Below, piece after piece: positions 30,951 to 41,322 of a DNA stretch of 64,000 bases (the first letter of the stretch is position 1; every line of letters starts with the position of its first letter). Below the pieces are notes generated by a model that ran no database searches, had not been told where the DNA came from, and saw only the letters and a list, made by a program, of their open reading frames with translations. The stretch is from assembly GCA_963778865.1 (NCBI GenBank), contig CAVZWF010000007.1, positions 70,086-134,085 of the forward strand, given 5' to 3'. A program made the position numbers and the translations under genes. This DNA is from an uncultured beta proteobacterium (GTDB lineage Bacteria; Pseudomonadota; Gammaproteobacteria; Burkholderiales; SG8-41).

Positions 30951-31947
30951 GTGACCGGAATTTTGTTGTCCAAAGATTTTGTCGCGAATTACGGCAGGCA
31001 GCTTGCCGAAGTCGCGCAACGCGTCAAGCTCACGCCGGATATCGTGCACTTGCCCGACGATCCGCAGGCGCGGCTTGCGCAGGCCGATTGCGACCGCATC
31101 GAAGTCACGATGCAGACGCGCGACATCCGTTTTTCGGATCTCTTCAAGAGCTTCGGCGACGCGCTGATCGCGGCGAGAAACCTTAAATGGGCGCATTTCC
31201 ACAGCACCGCGATCGAGCAGCATCCGTTCGTGCCGCCGTTGCTCGCGCGCGGCGTGAAGCTCACGACTTCGGCCGGCGGCAACGCCGAGCCCGTCGCGCA
31301 GACCGCAATCGCGGGATTGCTGATGCTCGCGCGCCGCTTTCCGCGCTGGCTCGACGCGCAGCGCCGCCATGCGTGGGAACCGATGCGCGGCGACGCGGCG
31401 CCCGCGGATTTGCGCGGCCAGACGATGATGGTGGTGGGCCTGGGCAACATCGGCATGCCGATCGCGCGCTTCTGTCAGGCGCTCGGCATGCACGTGATCG
31501 GCATCCGCCGCACGCCGCAAGGGCGCCAACGATCCGCTGGATGAAATCCATCCGCTGGCAAAGTTCGCCGACTTGCTGCCGCGCTGCCAGTGGCTCGTGC
31601 TCGCGTGCCCGTACACGCCGGAAACCCACCATCTCGTCAATGCCGGCACGCTCGCGAAACTCCCGCCGGGTGCTGCGCTCATCAACGTCGCGCGCGGGCG
31701 CGTGGCCGACGAGCCCGCGGTGATCGAAGCGTTGAAGAGCGGACAGCTCGGCTGCGCCTACCTCGACGTGTTCGAGAAGGAACCACTGCCGGCGGAATCT
31801 CCGCTGTGGGACCTGCCTAACGTCGTGCTCTCGCCGCACAACGCCTCGATATCGGCGGGCAACGACCGCCGCAGCGCGGAGATTTTTTTGCAGAACCTCG
31901 AGAAGTGGGCGCGCGGCGAGCCGCTCGCCAATCCGCATACGGCTTAA
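30951..31947 (+). pseudogene. D-isomer-specific 2-hydroxyacid dehydrogenase family protein (paralog B); one frame change near 31525
   Basis: ORF 30927-31544 reads ..LRGQTMMVVGLGNIGMPIARFCQALGMHVIGIRRTP... ORF 31573-31947 reads ..LINVARGRVADEPAVIEALKSGQLGCAYLDVFEKEPLPAESPLWDLPNVVLSPHNAS... The start is probably GTG at 30951. Confidence 0.75.
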
Positions 31948-32066
31948 TCCGCCAGTTGCAAGCAAATCGCTGCGAGAAATGCGACCGGCGGCCCTTGCGC
32001 GCTATAGAGGGGCCTGTGCGACGATGAGGCTATAATATAGCCCGTTCATTCAGCGGCTTGCCGGCC

Positions 32067-33321
32067 ATGCAGCTATTCGCTTTCGGCATCAACCACCAGA
32101 CCGCGCCGCTTGCGCTGCGCGAGCAGGTGGTTTTTCACGCCGAAAATCTGGTGCAGGCGCTGCGCGACCTCGTCGACCGCAATCCGGTCAAGGAGGCTGC
32201 GATCATCTCGACGTGCAATCGCACTGAAGTCTATTGCGACACGACCGAGCCGCGCCAGGCTTTGCATTGGCTCGCCGAGTATCACCAGCTGAAAGACGCA
32301 GCACCTCGAGCCGTACGTCTATCAATTGCCGCGCGAACGCGCGGTCAAGCACGCGTTTCGCGTCGCCAGCGGGCTTGATTCGATGGTGCTGGGCGAACCG
32401 CAGATTCTCGGCCAGTTCAAGGATGCGGTGCGCACGGCCGAAGAGGCGGGCACGCTGGGACTGCTGCTGAACAAACTTTTTCAGCGCACGTTTTCGGTGG
32501 CGAAAGCCGTGCGCTCGGAAACCGACATCGGTGCCAGCACGGTGTCGATGGCGTCAGCGGCGGTGCGCTTCGCCGAGCGTATCTACCCGAGCATCGCGGA
32601 ACAAAGCGCGCTTTTCATCGGCGCGGGCGAAATGATCGAACTGACCGCCACGCATTTCGGCGCGCGCCACCCGCGCCACATGACCTTCGCCAACCGTACC
32701 GTGGAGCGCGCTCAGCATCTCGCCGAGCGTTTTCGCGGCCGCGCCATCAGCCTGAACGATCTGCCGTCGCAGCTGGCGGTACACGACATCATCATTTCTT
32801 GCACGGCGAGCATGCTGCCCATCATCGGCAAGGGGCTCGTCGAAAGCGCGCTGCGCGCGCGCAAACACCGGCCATTGCTCATCATCGATCTGGCGGTGCC
32901 GCGCGACGTGGAAACCGAAGTCGGCGCGCTCGACGATGTGTTTTTGTGCACGGTGGATGACTTGGGCAGAATCGCGCGCGAGGGCTTGGGCGTGCGCGAG
33001 TCGGCGGTGGCGCAGGCCGAGGCCATCATCGAAACCCAGGTCGGCGATTTCATGCAGTGGCTCGACAACCGAGAACTGGTGCCGACCATACGCGCGCTGC
33101 GCGACGACGCGGAACGCGCGCGCCGCCACGAAGTCGAGCGCGCGGTGCGGAGCCTGGCGCGCGGCGACAACGCCCAGCAGGTGCTTGAAGCGCTTAGCCA
33201 TTCGCTCACCAACAAATTCCTGCACGCACCCACGCACGCGCTCAACCACGCCAACGACGGCGATCGCGAGCAACTTGTAACCATGTTAAGGCGGCTCTAC
33301 CAGCTGAAGCAGTCCGAATGA
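32067..33321 (+). pseudogene. hemA: Glutamyl-tRNA reductase; one frame change near 32295
   Basis: [61 protein letters not shown] lies inside ORF 32058-32378. It then shifts to ..[43 protein letters not shown].. (ORF 32326-33321). Confidence 0.9.
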
Positions 33322-34409
33322 AAGAGAGCATCGCCGCCAAGCTCGCGCAGCTCGCGCTGCGGCTGGAAGAATTGAACGGGCTCCTGAGTTCGGAACAGGC
33401 CACCGACAGCATGGACAACTACCGCAAGCTCACGCGCGAGCACGCGGAAATCACGCCGGTGGTGGAACTCTACAAACGGTACCGTCAAAGCGAAGGCGAT
33501 TTGCAGGCCGCGGAAAGCATGGCTGCCGACCCGGCGATGCGAGAGTTCGCCGAAGCGGAAATGCGCGACGCGCGCGCGCGGCTTGTGCAGCTTGCGGACG
33601 AACTGCAGACGCAATTGCTGCCCAAGGACCCCAACGACGAGCGCAATATTTTTCTCGAAATTCGCGCGGGTACCGGCGGCGACGAATCGGCGTTATTCGC
33701 GGCGGAGCTTTTTCGCATGTACACGCGCTACGCCGAACGCAAGAAATGGCAGGTCGAGGTCGTGTCGCACAGCCAGAGCGAACTCGGCGGCTACAAGGAG
33801 GTGATCGCGCGGATTGCCGGCCAGGGCGCCTATTCCAAGCTCAAGTTCGAGTCGGGCGGCCATCGCGTGCAGCGCGTGCCCACGACCGAGACGCAGGGGC
33901 GCATACACACTTCGGCCTGCACCGTCGCCGTGCTGCCTGAAGTCGATGCGGTCGCCGATGTCGTCCTCAATCCCGCCGAAATGCGCATTGACACGTTTCG
34001 CTCGTCGGGCGCGGGCGGCCAGCATATCAACAAGACCGATTCCGCGATTCGCATCACGCACCTGCCGACCGGCATCGTCGTCGAATGCCAGGACGATCGT
34101 TCGCAACACAAGAACAAGGCGCGCGCGCTCGCCGTGCTCGCCGCCCGCATCAAGGACAAGCAGGTGAGCGAACAGCAGCAGAAAACCGCCGCGAAGCGCA
34201 AATCGCTGATCGGCAGCGGCGACCGCTCGGAACGCATACGCACCTACAATTTTCCGCAGGGCCGCGTGACCGATCATCGCATCAATCTCACGCTCTACAA
34301 GATTGCTTCCATCATTGACGGCGATCTGGACGAATTGACCGGCGCTTTGAGCGCCGAGCACCAGGCCGAGCAGCTGGCGGCGCTCGGCGAAGAATCTCAA
34401 GCGGCGTGA
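33318..34409 (+). CDS. prfA: Peptide chain release factor 1
   Basis: Intact 363-aa ORF containing ..[23 protein letters not shown].. and the GGQ motif ([24 protein letters not shown]). Its ATG overlaps the hemA stop. Confidence 0.95.
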   Translation: MKESIAAKLAQLALRLEELNGLLSSEQATDSMDNYRKLTREHAEITPVVELYKRYRQSEGDLQAAESMAADPAMREFAEAEMRDARARLVQLADELQTQLLPKDPNDERNIFLEIRAGTGGDESALFAAELFRMYTRYAERKKWQVEVVSHSQSELGGYKEVIARIAGQGAYSKLKFESGGHRVQRVPTTETQGRIHTSACTVAVLPEVDAVADVVLNPAEMRIDTFRSSGAGGQHINKTDSAIRITHLPTGIVVECQDDRSQHKNKARALAVLAARIKDKQVSEQQQKTAAKRKSLIGSGDRSERIRTYNFPQGRVTDHRINLTLYKIASIIDGDLDELTGALSAEHQAEQLAALGEESQAA

Positions 34410-34456
34410 TGTCACGCGCGGGCCGTACTATTAATTCGGAAGCTATCTCAAGAATT

Positions 34457-34590
34457 CCCTCTCCACCTGTTAAGGGGGAGAGGGCTAGGGTGAGGGGGGC
34501 GGCCGGAAATATTGTTACACTAAACATGATCGCTATCGCTGCCCCTCACCCCAACCCTCTCCCCACTATCGCGGAGCGAGGGAGTATCTT
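34457..34590. repeat. Two family A REP-like elements in inverted orientation separated by a ~40-bp AT-richer spacer (prfA-prmC intergenic)
   Basis: 34457-34500 reads CCCTCTCCACCTGTTAAGGGGGAGAGGGCTAGGGTGAGGGGGGC (reverse orientation). 34541-34590 reads GCCCCTCACCCCAACCCTCTCCCCACTATCGCGGAGCGAGGGAGTATCTTT (forward). Confidence 0.85.
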
Positions 34591-34611
34591 TGAAACCGAT
34601 TCTTAGAATAA

Positions 34612-35547
34612 ATGCAGCCGACGATAGCGCAAGCGCTTGCGTCAGCGCGTCTCGATACGGTCGACGCGCGCGTGCTCCTGCGTCATGCATGCGGCGTCGA
34701 TGATGCATATCTCATTGCGCATGCAGACGAGACGTTGAGCGCCGCGCACCATGCGGTGTACTCGGCACTCGTCGCGCGCCGCGCCGCCGGCGAACCGGTT
34801 GCGTACATCACCGGCACGCGCGAATTTTTCAGTCTCGAATTCAAAGTGACGCCGGAGGTGTTGATTCCGCGGCCGGAAACCGAATTGCTGGTCGAAATCG
34901 CGCTGGAACGACTGAGTCCGGATCGCGCGTACCGCGTGCTCGATCTGGGAACCGGCAGCGGTTGTATTGCAATTGCGATTGCGAAACACCGTCCACGCGC
35001 GCAGGTTGTAGCGGTTGATTCGAGCGCGGCAGCGCTCGATGTTGCGTGCGCGAATGCAAGGAGGCTATTGCGCGCTTGTTCGATCTCCACCTCCACCCTG
35101 GCCCTCCCCCATCAAGGGGGAGGGGACCCAAATGGTTGCACTGAAACTCCTTCCCCCTTGATGGGGGAAGGTGGGGATGGGGGTGACTTGTCATTACTGC
35201 AAAGCGACTGGTTTGCGGCGCTCGGCGAACAACGCTTCGATCTGATCGTGGCGAATCCGCCATACGTTGCCAAGGACGACCCGCATCTCAACGCAGGCGA
35301 TCTGCGTTTCGAGCCGGCGACTGCGCTGGTCGCGGGTGGCGACGGCCTGTCGCGCATACGCGCCATCGTTGCATCAGCGCCGCTCTACCTGAACCGCGAC
35401 GGCTGGCTCGTATTCGAACATGGCTACGATCAGGCGGCGCGCTGCCGTGAATTGCTCGCAGAAGGAGGATTCAACGAAGTGTTTTCCCGCGCCGATCTTG
35501 CCGGCGTGCAGCGCGTCAGCGGCGGGTGGTGGCGCCCGCTGTCTTGA
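34612..35547 (+). CDS. prmC: Release-factor glutamine N5-methyltransferase PrmC (HemK), carrying an in-frame ~34-aa insertion
   Basis: Continuous 311-aa ORF reading ..GEPVAYITGTREFFSLEFKVTPEVLIPRPETE..VLDLGTGSGCIAIAIA..VVAVDSSAAALDVACANARRL[insert]LLQSDWF..FDLIVANPPYV... It follows the prfA-prmC synteny. Confidence 0.9.
   Translation: MQPTIAQALASARLDTVDARVLLRHACGVDDAYLIAHADETLSAAHHAVYSALVARRAAGEPVAYITGTREFFSLEFKVTPEVLIPRPETELLVEIALERLSPDRAYRVLDLGTGSGCIAIAIAKHRPRAQVVAVDSSAAALDVACANARRLLRACSISTSTLALPHQGGGDPNGCTETPSPLMGEGGDGGDLSLLQSDWFAALGEQRFDLIVANPPYVAKDDPHLNAGDLRFEPATALVAGGDGLSRIRAIVASAPLYLNRDGWLVFEHGYDQAARCRELLAEGGFNEVFSRADLAGVQRVSGGWWRPLS
35085..35187. repeat. Pair of family A REP-like hairpins (inverted) located inside the prmC coding sequence
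   Basis: CTCCACCTCCACCCTGGCCCTCCCCCATCAAGGGGGAGGGGA, then a 20-nt spacer, then CTCCTTCCCCCTTGATGGGGGAAGGTGGGGATGGGGGTGAC. It translates in frame as ..STSTLALPHQGGGDPNGCTETPSPLMGEGGDGGD... Confidence 0.8.
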
Positions 35548-35609
35548 CGCCGGTGTGCATCAACCTGTAACATACCATATCAATTCACTCAAGTATTCGG
35601 GAGTCAGAC

Positions 35610-35918
35610 ATGAACGTGCAGGAAGTTATTAAAGATCAAGTCACCAAGAACCCGGTGGTGTTGTACATGAAAGGTTCGCCGGATTTTCCGCAATGCGGGT
35701 TTTCCGCCAACGTGGTCGGCATCCTGCGCGCGTGCGGCGTGGAGGATTTTTTCTCGGTCAACGTGCTCGAAAATCCCGACATCCGCCAGGGCATCAAGGA
35801 ATTCGCCAACTGGCCGACCATACCGCAGCTTTACGTGAACGGCGAATTTGTCGGCGGCTCGGATATCCTGCGCGAAATGTACGAAAGCGGGGAACTGAAA
35901 AAAGTGCTGCAGAAATAA
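35610..35918 (+). CDS. grxD: Monothiol glutaredoxin (Grx4 family, CGFS type)
   Basis: Intact 102-aa ORF reading ..VVLYMKGSPDFPQCGFSANVVGIL..WPTIPQLYVNGEFVGGSDI... Confidence 0.9.
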   Translation: MNVQEVIKDQVTKNPVVLYMKGSPDFPQCGFSANVVGILRACGVEDFFSVNVLENPDIRQGIKEFANWPTIPQLYVNGEFVGGSDILREMYESGELKKVLQK

Positions 35919-35938
35919 GCATAGGACGCAGCAGGAAC

Positions 35939-35965
35939 AAGGGGGCTGCGGCGCCCTTTTTTCTT
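35939..35965 (+). terminator. Probable Rho-independent terminator after grxD
   Basis: AAGGGGGC tgcg GCGCCCTT is an imperfect GC stem followed by TTTTTCTT. It lies between the convergent grxD and TauE-family genes. Confidence 0.5.
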
Positions 35966-36042
35966 GTGCATTGCCGGGAAGATCGGGCTCGCCTAATTCA
36001 CGCGCTGCGGGGATCGCCGTCGCGTACGCCAGCGATGAACAT

Positions 36043-36825
36043 TCAAGTCAGCCACGCGTGGTAAGCATATTGAGAGAGCAGCGCAAGCGCGATGACAGCG
36101 AGCGCGCGCTTGACCCAGATGCGAAACTTGGCGGCATCGATGCGGTTGCGCACGCGCGCGCCGAAAAATCCCGCCGCGACCCCGACGACGCACAAGGGCA
36201 AAGTTGCCAGCCATTGCGCTGACGACACGCCGCCGTGCAGCGTCAGCACGGTAAATTGAGTCGCCTTGCCGACCATGAAGCAAATTTGCATGGCCTGCAC
36301 CATCATGATGGGGCTTAATCCCAGCGCGAGGTAGTAGATGATGAGCGGCGGCGCCGCAACGTTGGCCGTGCCCTCGAATAAACCCGCGGCGGTACCGGCC
36401 AGCGGGGCGAACGCGCGCTCGTGCCGCTTGATCAACCGCCACTCGCCGCGCGTAATGCGGTCGAGGTTGAGATACATGATGATGATTCCCGCGAGCAGCA
36501 ACTGGTACGGCGCCTGCGGCGCGGCCACAAAAATCCAGGTGCCGGCGAGCGCGCCCAGCGTGGCGTAGACCGGCATCAGCCAGAAGCGCCTGATCATCGG
36601 CGCGAGCGGCCCGCTGGTGACGAGCGTGATGATCACGGTCGCGAGCGTTGGCAGCAGCACGGTGATGATCGCGGTGCGCATGTCGACCACCATCGCGGCC
36701 ATCGGCGTGGCGATGAACGGAAAGCCGAATCCCAGCGCGCCCTGGATGAAACCCGAAACCACCATCGCCAGCGTGAGCCACAGGATCACCGCGATGGGCA
36801 GCGATTCAATCGTAGTCATCGGCAT
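36043..36825 (-). CDS. TauE/SafE-family (sulfite exporter-like) membrane protein
   Basis: ORF 36043-36927, with the likely start MPMTTIESLPIAVILWLTLAMVVSGFIQGALGFGFPFIATP... It is polytopic and has the second conserved half ..FAPLAGTAAGLFEGTANVAAPPLIIYYL... Confidence 0.75.
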   Translation of the reverse strand: MPMTTIESLPIAVILWLTLAMVVSGFIQGALGFGFPFIATPMAAMVVDMRTAIITVLLPTLATVIITLVTSGPLAPMIRRFWLMPVYATLGALAGTWIFVAAPQAPYQLLLAGIIIMYLNLDRITRGEWRLIKRHERAFAPLAGTAAGLFEGTANVAAPPLIIYYLALGLSPIMMVQAMQICFMVGKATQFTVLTLHGGVSSAQWLATLPLCVVGVAAGFFGARVRNRIDAAKFRIWVKRALAVIALALLSQYAYHAWLT

Positions 36826-37143
36826 CCATTGCTTCCGGCTGCCGTCGGCTGCCGGGGCGTGGATCGAATCGCGGACATGCGCATGTGGTTTGTGAAGTGG
36901 CGAGACAGCATTGGCAAGAAATTCCACGGTATTCTAACCCGTGTCGCCGGCGCGACACTTGCGAGACAGGCGATACGCATGCTAGACACCGACAATACCC
37001 CATGCAATACTGGCCCGGCAGTACCCGATCAGTTATTCAGCATCGCGGGAAAAACGCAACCGTCGATTCATCGAGGCCGGCCAACGCAGCGCAGACTGGC
37101 GGACGGCCGATAAAAAAACTCTTTACGTACCGGAACGACAGTC

Positions 37144-38752
37144 ATGCAAACGGCGACTTACGATTACGTCATCGTTGGCGCGGGCTCCGCCGGCTGCGTG
37201 CTGGCTAACCGGCTGACCGAGGGCGGCAAATATTCGGTGCTATTGCTGGAAGCCGGCCCGCGCGACAACTACTTGTGGATCCACATTCCTATCGGTTACG
37301 CCAAGACCATGTTCCACCCGGTCTACAACTGGGGCTTTTATACCGAACCCGAGTCCAAGATGAACAATCGCCAGGTCTACTGGCCGCGCGGCCGCGGGCT
37401 CGGCGGATCAGGTTCGATCAACGGGCTCATCTACATCCGTGGCCAGCATCAGGACTACGACCGCTGGGCGGAGCTTGGCAACGCCGGCTGGAGCTGGCGT
37501 GACGTGCTGCCGTATTTCATCAAGTGCGAGGGCAATTCGCGCGGGGCGGACGATTACCACGGCGGCGACGGCCCGCTGGCCTGCTCCGACATCGGCGAGC
37601 GGCATCCGCTGATGGATGCGATCATCAAGGGCGCCAATGAACTCGGAGTTCCACGCAACGACGACTTTAACGGCGCAGCGCAGGAAGGTGTCGGTTACTA
37701 TCAGTTGTTCACGCGCAATGGCTGGCGAGCTTCGACGGCGACCGCCTATTTGAAGCCGGCGCGCCGGCGCGTCAACCTGCGCGTCGAAACTGAAGCGCAG
37801 GCGACCTCGCTCGTCATGGAAGGCACGCGCGCGGCCGGCGTGCGCTACCGGCAGCACGGCGTCGAGCACGCAGCGCGCGCAGCGCGCGAAGTCCTGCTGG
37901 CGGCTGGCGCCTTGCAAAGTCCGCAGTTGTTGCAGCTCTCAGGCATCGGCCGCGCGTCGTTTCTGCAATCGCACGGCATCGCCGTGGCGCATGATTTGCC
38001 GGGTGTGGGCGAAAACCTGCAGGACCACCTGCAGGCGCGCGTCATGTTCAAGGTCAGGCAGCCGATCACCATCAACGACGACATGAAAAGCTTTTGGCGC
38101 CGGCTCGGGATGGGATGGAAGTGGCTCGCGCACCGCACCGGGCCGCTCGCGATCGGCATCAATTACGGCGGCATGTTCACGCGCGCACTGCCGCAAGCGG
38201 CCACACCGGACATCCAGTTTCATTTCGCCGCGTTGTCGGCCGAGATGGCGGGCGCCAAGACGCACCCATGGTCGGGCTGCACGTTTTCGGTGTGCCAGCT
38301 GCGGCCGACCTCGCGCGGCACCGTAATGATCAAGTCGCCCGATGCGCTCGCCGCACCCGCGCTGCAAGCCGAATTACCTGTCGACGGAGAACGACTGCAG
38401 CACCATGATCGAAGGCGTCAAGGTCGCGCGCCGGCTCGCGCGCACCCACGCGCTCGCCGGCTTGATCGGCGATGAATACCGGCCCGGCAACGGCGCTCAA
38501 AGCAACGACGAGATACTCGAGTTCGTGCGCAACTATGGTGCTACGATTTTCCACCCGGTCGGCACCTGCAAGATGGGGGCTGATGCGCTGGCGGTGGTCG
38601 ACACGCAGCTCAAAGTGCATGGTGTTGCGGGTCTGCGCGTGGTCGACGCCTCCATCATGCCGACGCTGGTGTCAGGCAACACCGCGGCGCCGACGGTGAT
38701 GATCGCCGAGAAGGCCGCCGACATGATATTGCGCGACGCCGCACGCGCTTAG
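37144..38752 (+). pseudogene. GMC-family FAD oxidoreductase (choline dehydrogenase-like); one frame change near 38370
   Basis: ORF 37144-38475 reads MQTATYDYVIVGAGSAGCVLANRLTE..GRGLGGSGSINGLIYIRG... The C-terminus is in ORF 38342-38752, ..YGATIFHPVGTCKMGADALAVVDTQLKVHGVAGLRVVDASIMPTLVSGNTAAPTVMIAEKAAD... Confidence 0.85.
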
Positions 38753-38843
38753 CGCGGCCATTTGTCATGGCGCGGGGATTGCACTACGATGGGCCGCATC
38801 GCCGGATTGCGCAAGCCGGCCACCCATAAGGAGGAATTCCGTC

Positions 38844-39621
38844 ATGAGCGAACCGAATCCTTACCAACCGCCGGCCGCGCCCGCACCCGCGCCAGCGGGC
38901 GCTTTTTCCGCCGCCGGGCGCGCGGTTGACGCCGGACGCGGGTGGGAATGGATCGCCGAAGGTTTTGCGCTGTTCAAGAAGCAGCCGGGCACCTGGATAT
39001 TGATCCTGATTATAGCTGGCCGTGTGTTCGATCCTGATCAGCATCGTGCCTGTCATAGGTTCGCTGGCCCTCATGTTGCTCATGCAGGTGTTCATCGGCG
39101 GCATGATGCTCGGCTGCCGCGCCCTCGACAACGGCGAGAACTTCGAAGTCGGCTACGTGTTCGCGGGGTTCAAACAGAACACCGGCGATCTCGTGGTGCT
39201 CGGCGTGCTCGCGCTGGTGGGCTGGATCGTCGCGTGCATTCCGTCGATGCTGATCATGGGCGGTGGGGCTTTCATGGCGATGATGATGGGCGGCGGCGGA
39301 CACCTGCCGAATTTCGGCGCGCTGGGCCTTAGCTTCATGCTGGCCGTGCTGGTGGGACTCGCGCTGGCCTTGCCCGTCTATATGGCGCTGTGGTTTGCGC
39401 CGTCGCTCGTCGTCTTCAATAATCTGAAACCGGTCGACGCGATGAAGGCGAGCTTTTTCGCGTGCTTGAAGAACATCGTGCCGTTTTTGATCTACGGCGT
39501 CATTCTGCTTGTGCTGTGCTTTGTCGCCGCGATACCGATTATGCTGGGTTTCCTCGTATTGGGGCCGGTGGCCATCGCGTCGATCTACACCGGCTATCGC
39601 GATATCTTCGTCGCGAGTTAG
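38844..39621 (+). pseudogene. Polytopic membrane protein of unknown function (BPSS1780/DUF2189-like); one frame change near 39015
   Basis: MSEPNPYQPPAAPAP..AVDAGRGWEWIAEGFALFKKQPGTWILILII.. is in ORF 38844-39332. It then shifts to ..SILISIVPVIGSLALMLLMQVFIGGMMLGCRALDNGENFEVGYVFAGFKQN.. (ORF 39022-39621). Confidence 0.6.
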
Positions 39622-39752
39622 CGGCCGATTCCACGCGCCAACGCGCGCGCGGTGGCGCGTCGTGACCCAGTGTCGATGCCGCGCCGCTGCGGATACCGCT
39701 CGTCACCCACTGGTGCGGCCGCAGGCGCGGGGGCCGGTCAGTATCCTCACCA

Positions 39753-39781
39753 TTGACTTGGGTATAACCGTGCTCTACGAT
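39753..39781 (+). promoter_or_regulatory. Candidate sigma-70 promoter for ABC operon 1
   Basis: TTGACT (39753-39758), a 17-nt spacer, then TACGAT (39776-39781). It leaves a ~150-nt leader before the ATG at 39936. This rests on sequence match only. Confidence 0.4.
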
Positions 39782-39935
39782 GGCCCGACGGTAACTCAAG
39801 AAAGACTGCCCCCGGCCCAGCCGCATCTGCCGGGATATTCTCAGCACCAACCGGTCCGGTTTCCGTGTTTTGCGCGTGCCCGTGTACCTAGCGGCAGGGG
39901 CCGGCGCCGCGGTCACACCAACAGGAGGAAAAGTC

Positions 39936-41243
39936 ATGACGCACAGCGACAAGCAGTGGGACGCGTTTCTCGACAAACTTAAGGTCAGCCGCCGCGATTT
40001 CATTTTCTCGACGGCGGCGGCCGGCGTGTTGACCATGACGCCGCGCTTCGTCGGCGCGCAGGCGGCCAAGCCCTACAAGCTCGGCGTGCTGCTGCCGTCG
40101 ACCGGCACCGGCGCGAATTATGTCGAGAATGCCATCAAGGGCATGCCGCTCGCGGTGGCCGAGATCAACGCCAAGGGCGGCTTCCTCGGCAAGCATCCGA
40201 TCGAGATCGTCTACCGCGACGACCAGACCAAGCCCGACGTCGGCGCGCGCGAGGCGAAGTCGATCATCCTCAACGACAAGGTGCAGACCATCATCGGCAC
40301 CTATTCGAGCGCGGTGGCGCTGGCGATCGAGGAGATCACGCACGAGCACAAGGTGCTGCACATCGCGGCGACCTCCAACAGCTCGAAGATCACGCAGGAC
40401 AACTACTCGCCCTACACCTACCAGTTCTGCCCCGACAGCAACATGCAGTCGGGCGCGGTGGTGGTGGCGGTATCGAAGATGGTGAAGAAGAACAACTGGA
40501 AGATCGTACGTGTCGCTCGGCCAGGACTACGAGTGGGGGCGCGACACGCACAAGGGCTTCACCACCGAACTCGCCAAGGCGGCGCCGGAGGCGAAGGAAA
40601 CCAAGCAGATGTGGTTCAAGCTCGGCGAGACCGACTTCACCTCCTACATCACGGCCATCATGGCGGCGAAGCCCGACTTCCTGTTCGGCGCCATCGCCGG
40701 CAAGGACTCGGAGACCTTCCTGCAGCAGGCGGGCCAGATGGGGCTGTTCAAGCGCGTGCCGTTCCCCGGCGGGCTGATTTCGGTGACCGAGCTGCGCCAG
40801 CTGCGCAAGACGCTGCCGCGCGGAATCATCGGCCTCGCGCGCTGCCCGTTCTTTGCGCATCTCAAAGAGCCGCTGATGCAGAAGTACATCAAGATGCACC
40901 GCGCCAAGTTCGGCGACGACGACTATCCGGACGACTGGGCGTGCATGCACTACGACGCGCGTGTACGGCCTGGAGCAGGCGATCAACAAGGCGAAGAGCA
41001 TCGAGACCGAGGCCGTGGTCAAGGCGCTGAAGGGCGCGACGCTCGACACCTGCCGCGGCAAGCGCACCATGCGCGACTGCAGCAACCAGCTCGACGTGCC
41101 CGTCCTACGTCGGCGAGGTCTGGGATTCGCCCGACTATCCGTTCCCGATCTACAAGCCGGACACCATGATCGTCGTCGAAGGCCACGACGTGTGGACGCC
41201 GACCTGCGAGGCGGTCGAGAAGCTGAAGAAGAAGCGCGCCTAG
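39936..41243 (+). pseudogene. Leu/Ile/Val-binding-protein-family ABC substrate-binding protein with twin-arginine signal; about 3 frame changes
   Basis: AGGAGGAA RBS. MTHSDKQWDAFLDKLKVSRRDFIFSTAAAGVLTMTPRFVGAQAAKPYKLGVLLPSTGTGANYVENAIKGMPLAVAEINAKGG... Further pieces are ORF 40510-41169, ORF 40961-.. and the tail ..YVGEVWDSPDYPFPIYKPDTMIVVEGHDVWTPTCEAVEKLKKKRA. Confidence 0.8.
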
Positions 41244-41322
41244 GCGCACGCGCCGGCTGCGGGCGTCGCGCCGCCGCCAGCTGCCGCTTTCGACCAACGC
41301 CACGCCGCTCGCGCAGGACGCG

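Noticed and set aside
37008-37023. TACTGGCCCGGCAGTA as a second SOS box in the TauE/GMC divergent region
   Set aside because: The spacing is CTG-N6-CAG in a 16-mer, not CTGT-N8-ACAG. Only the 5-bp outer arms are symmetric.
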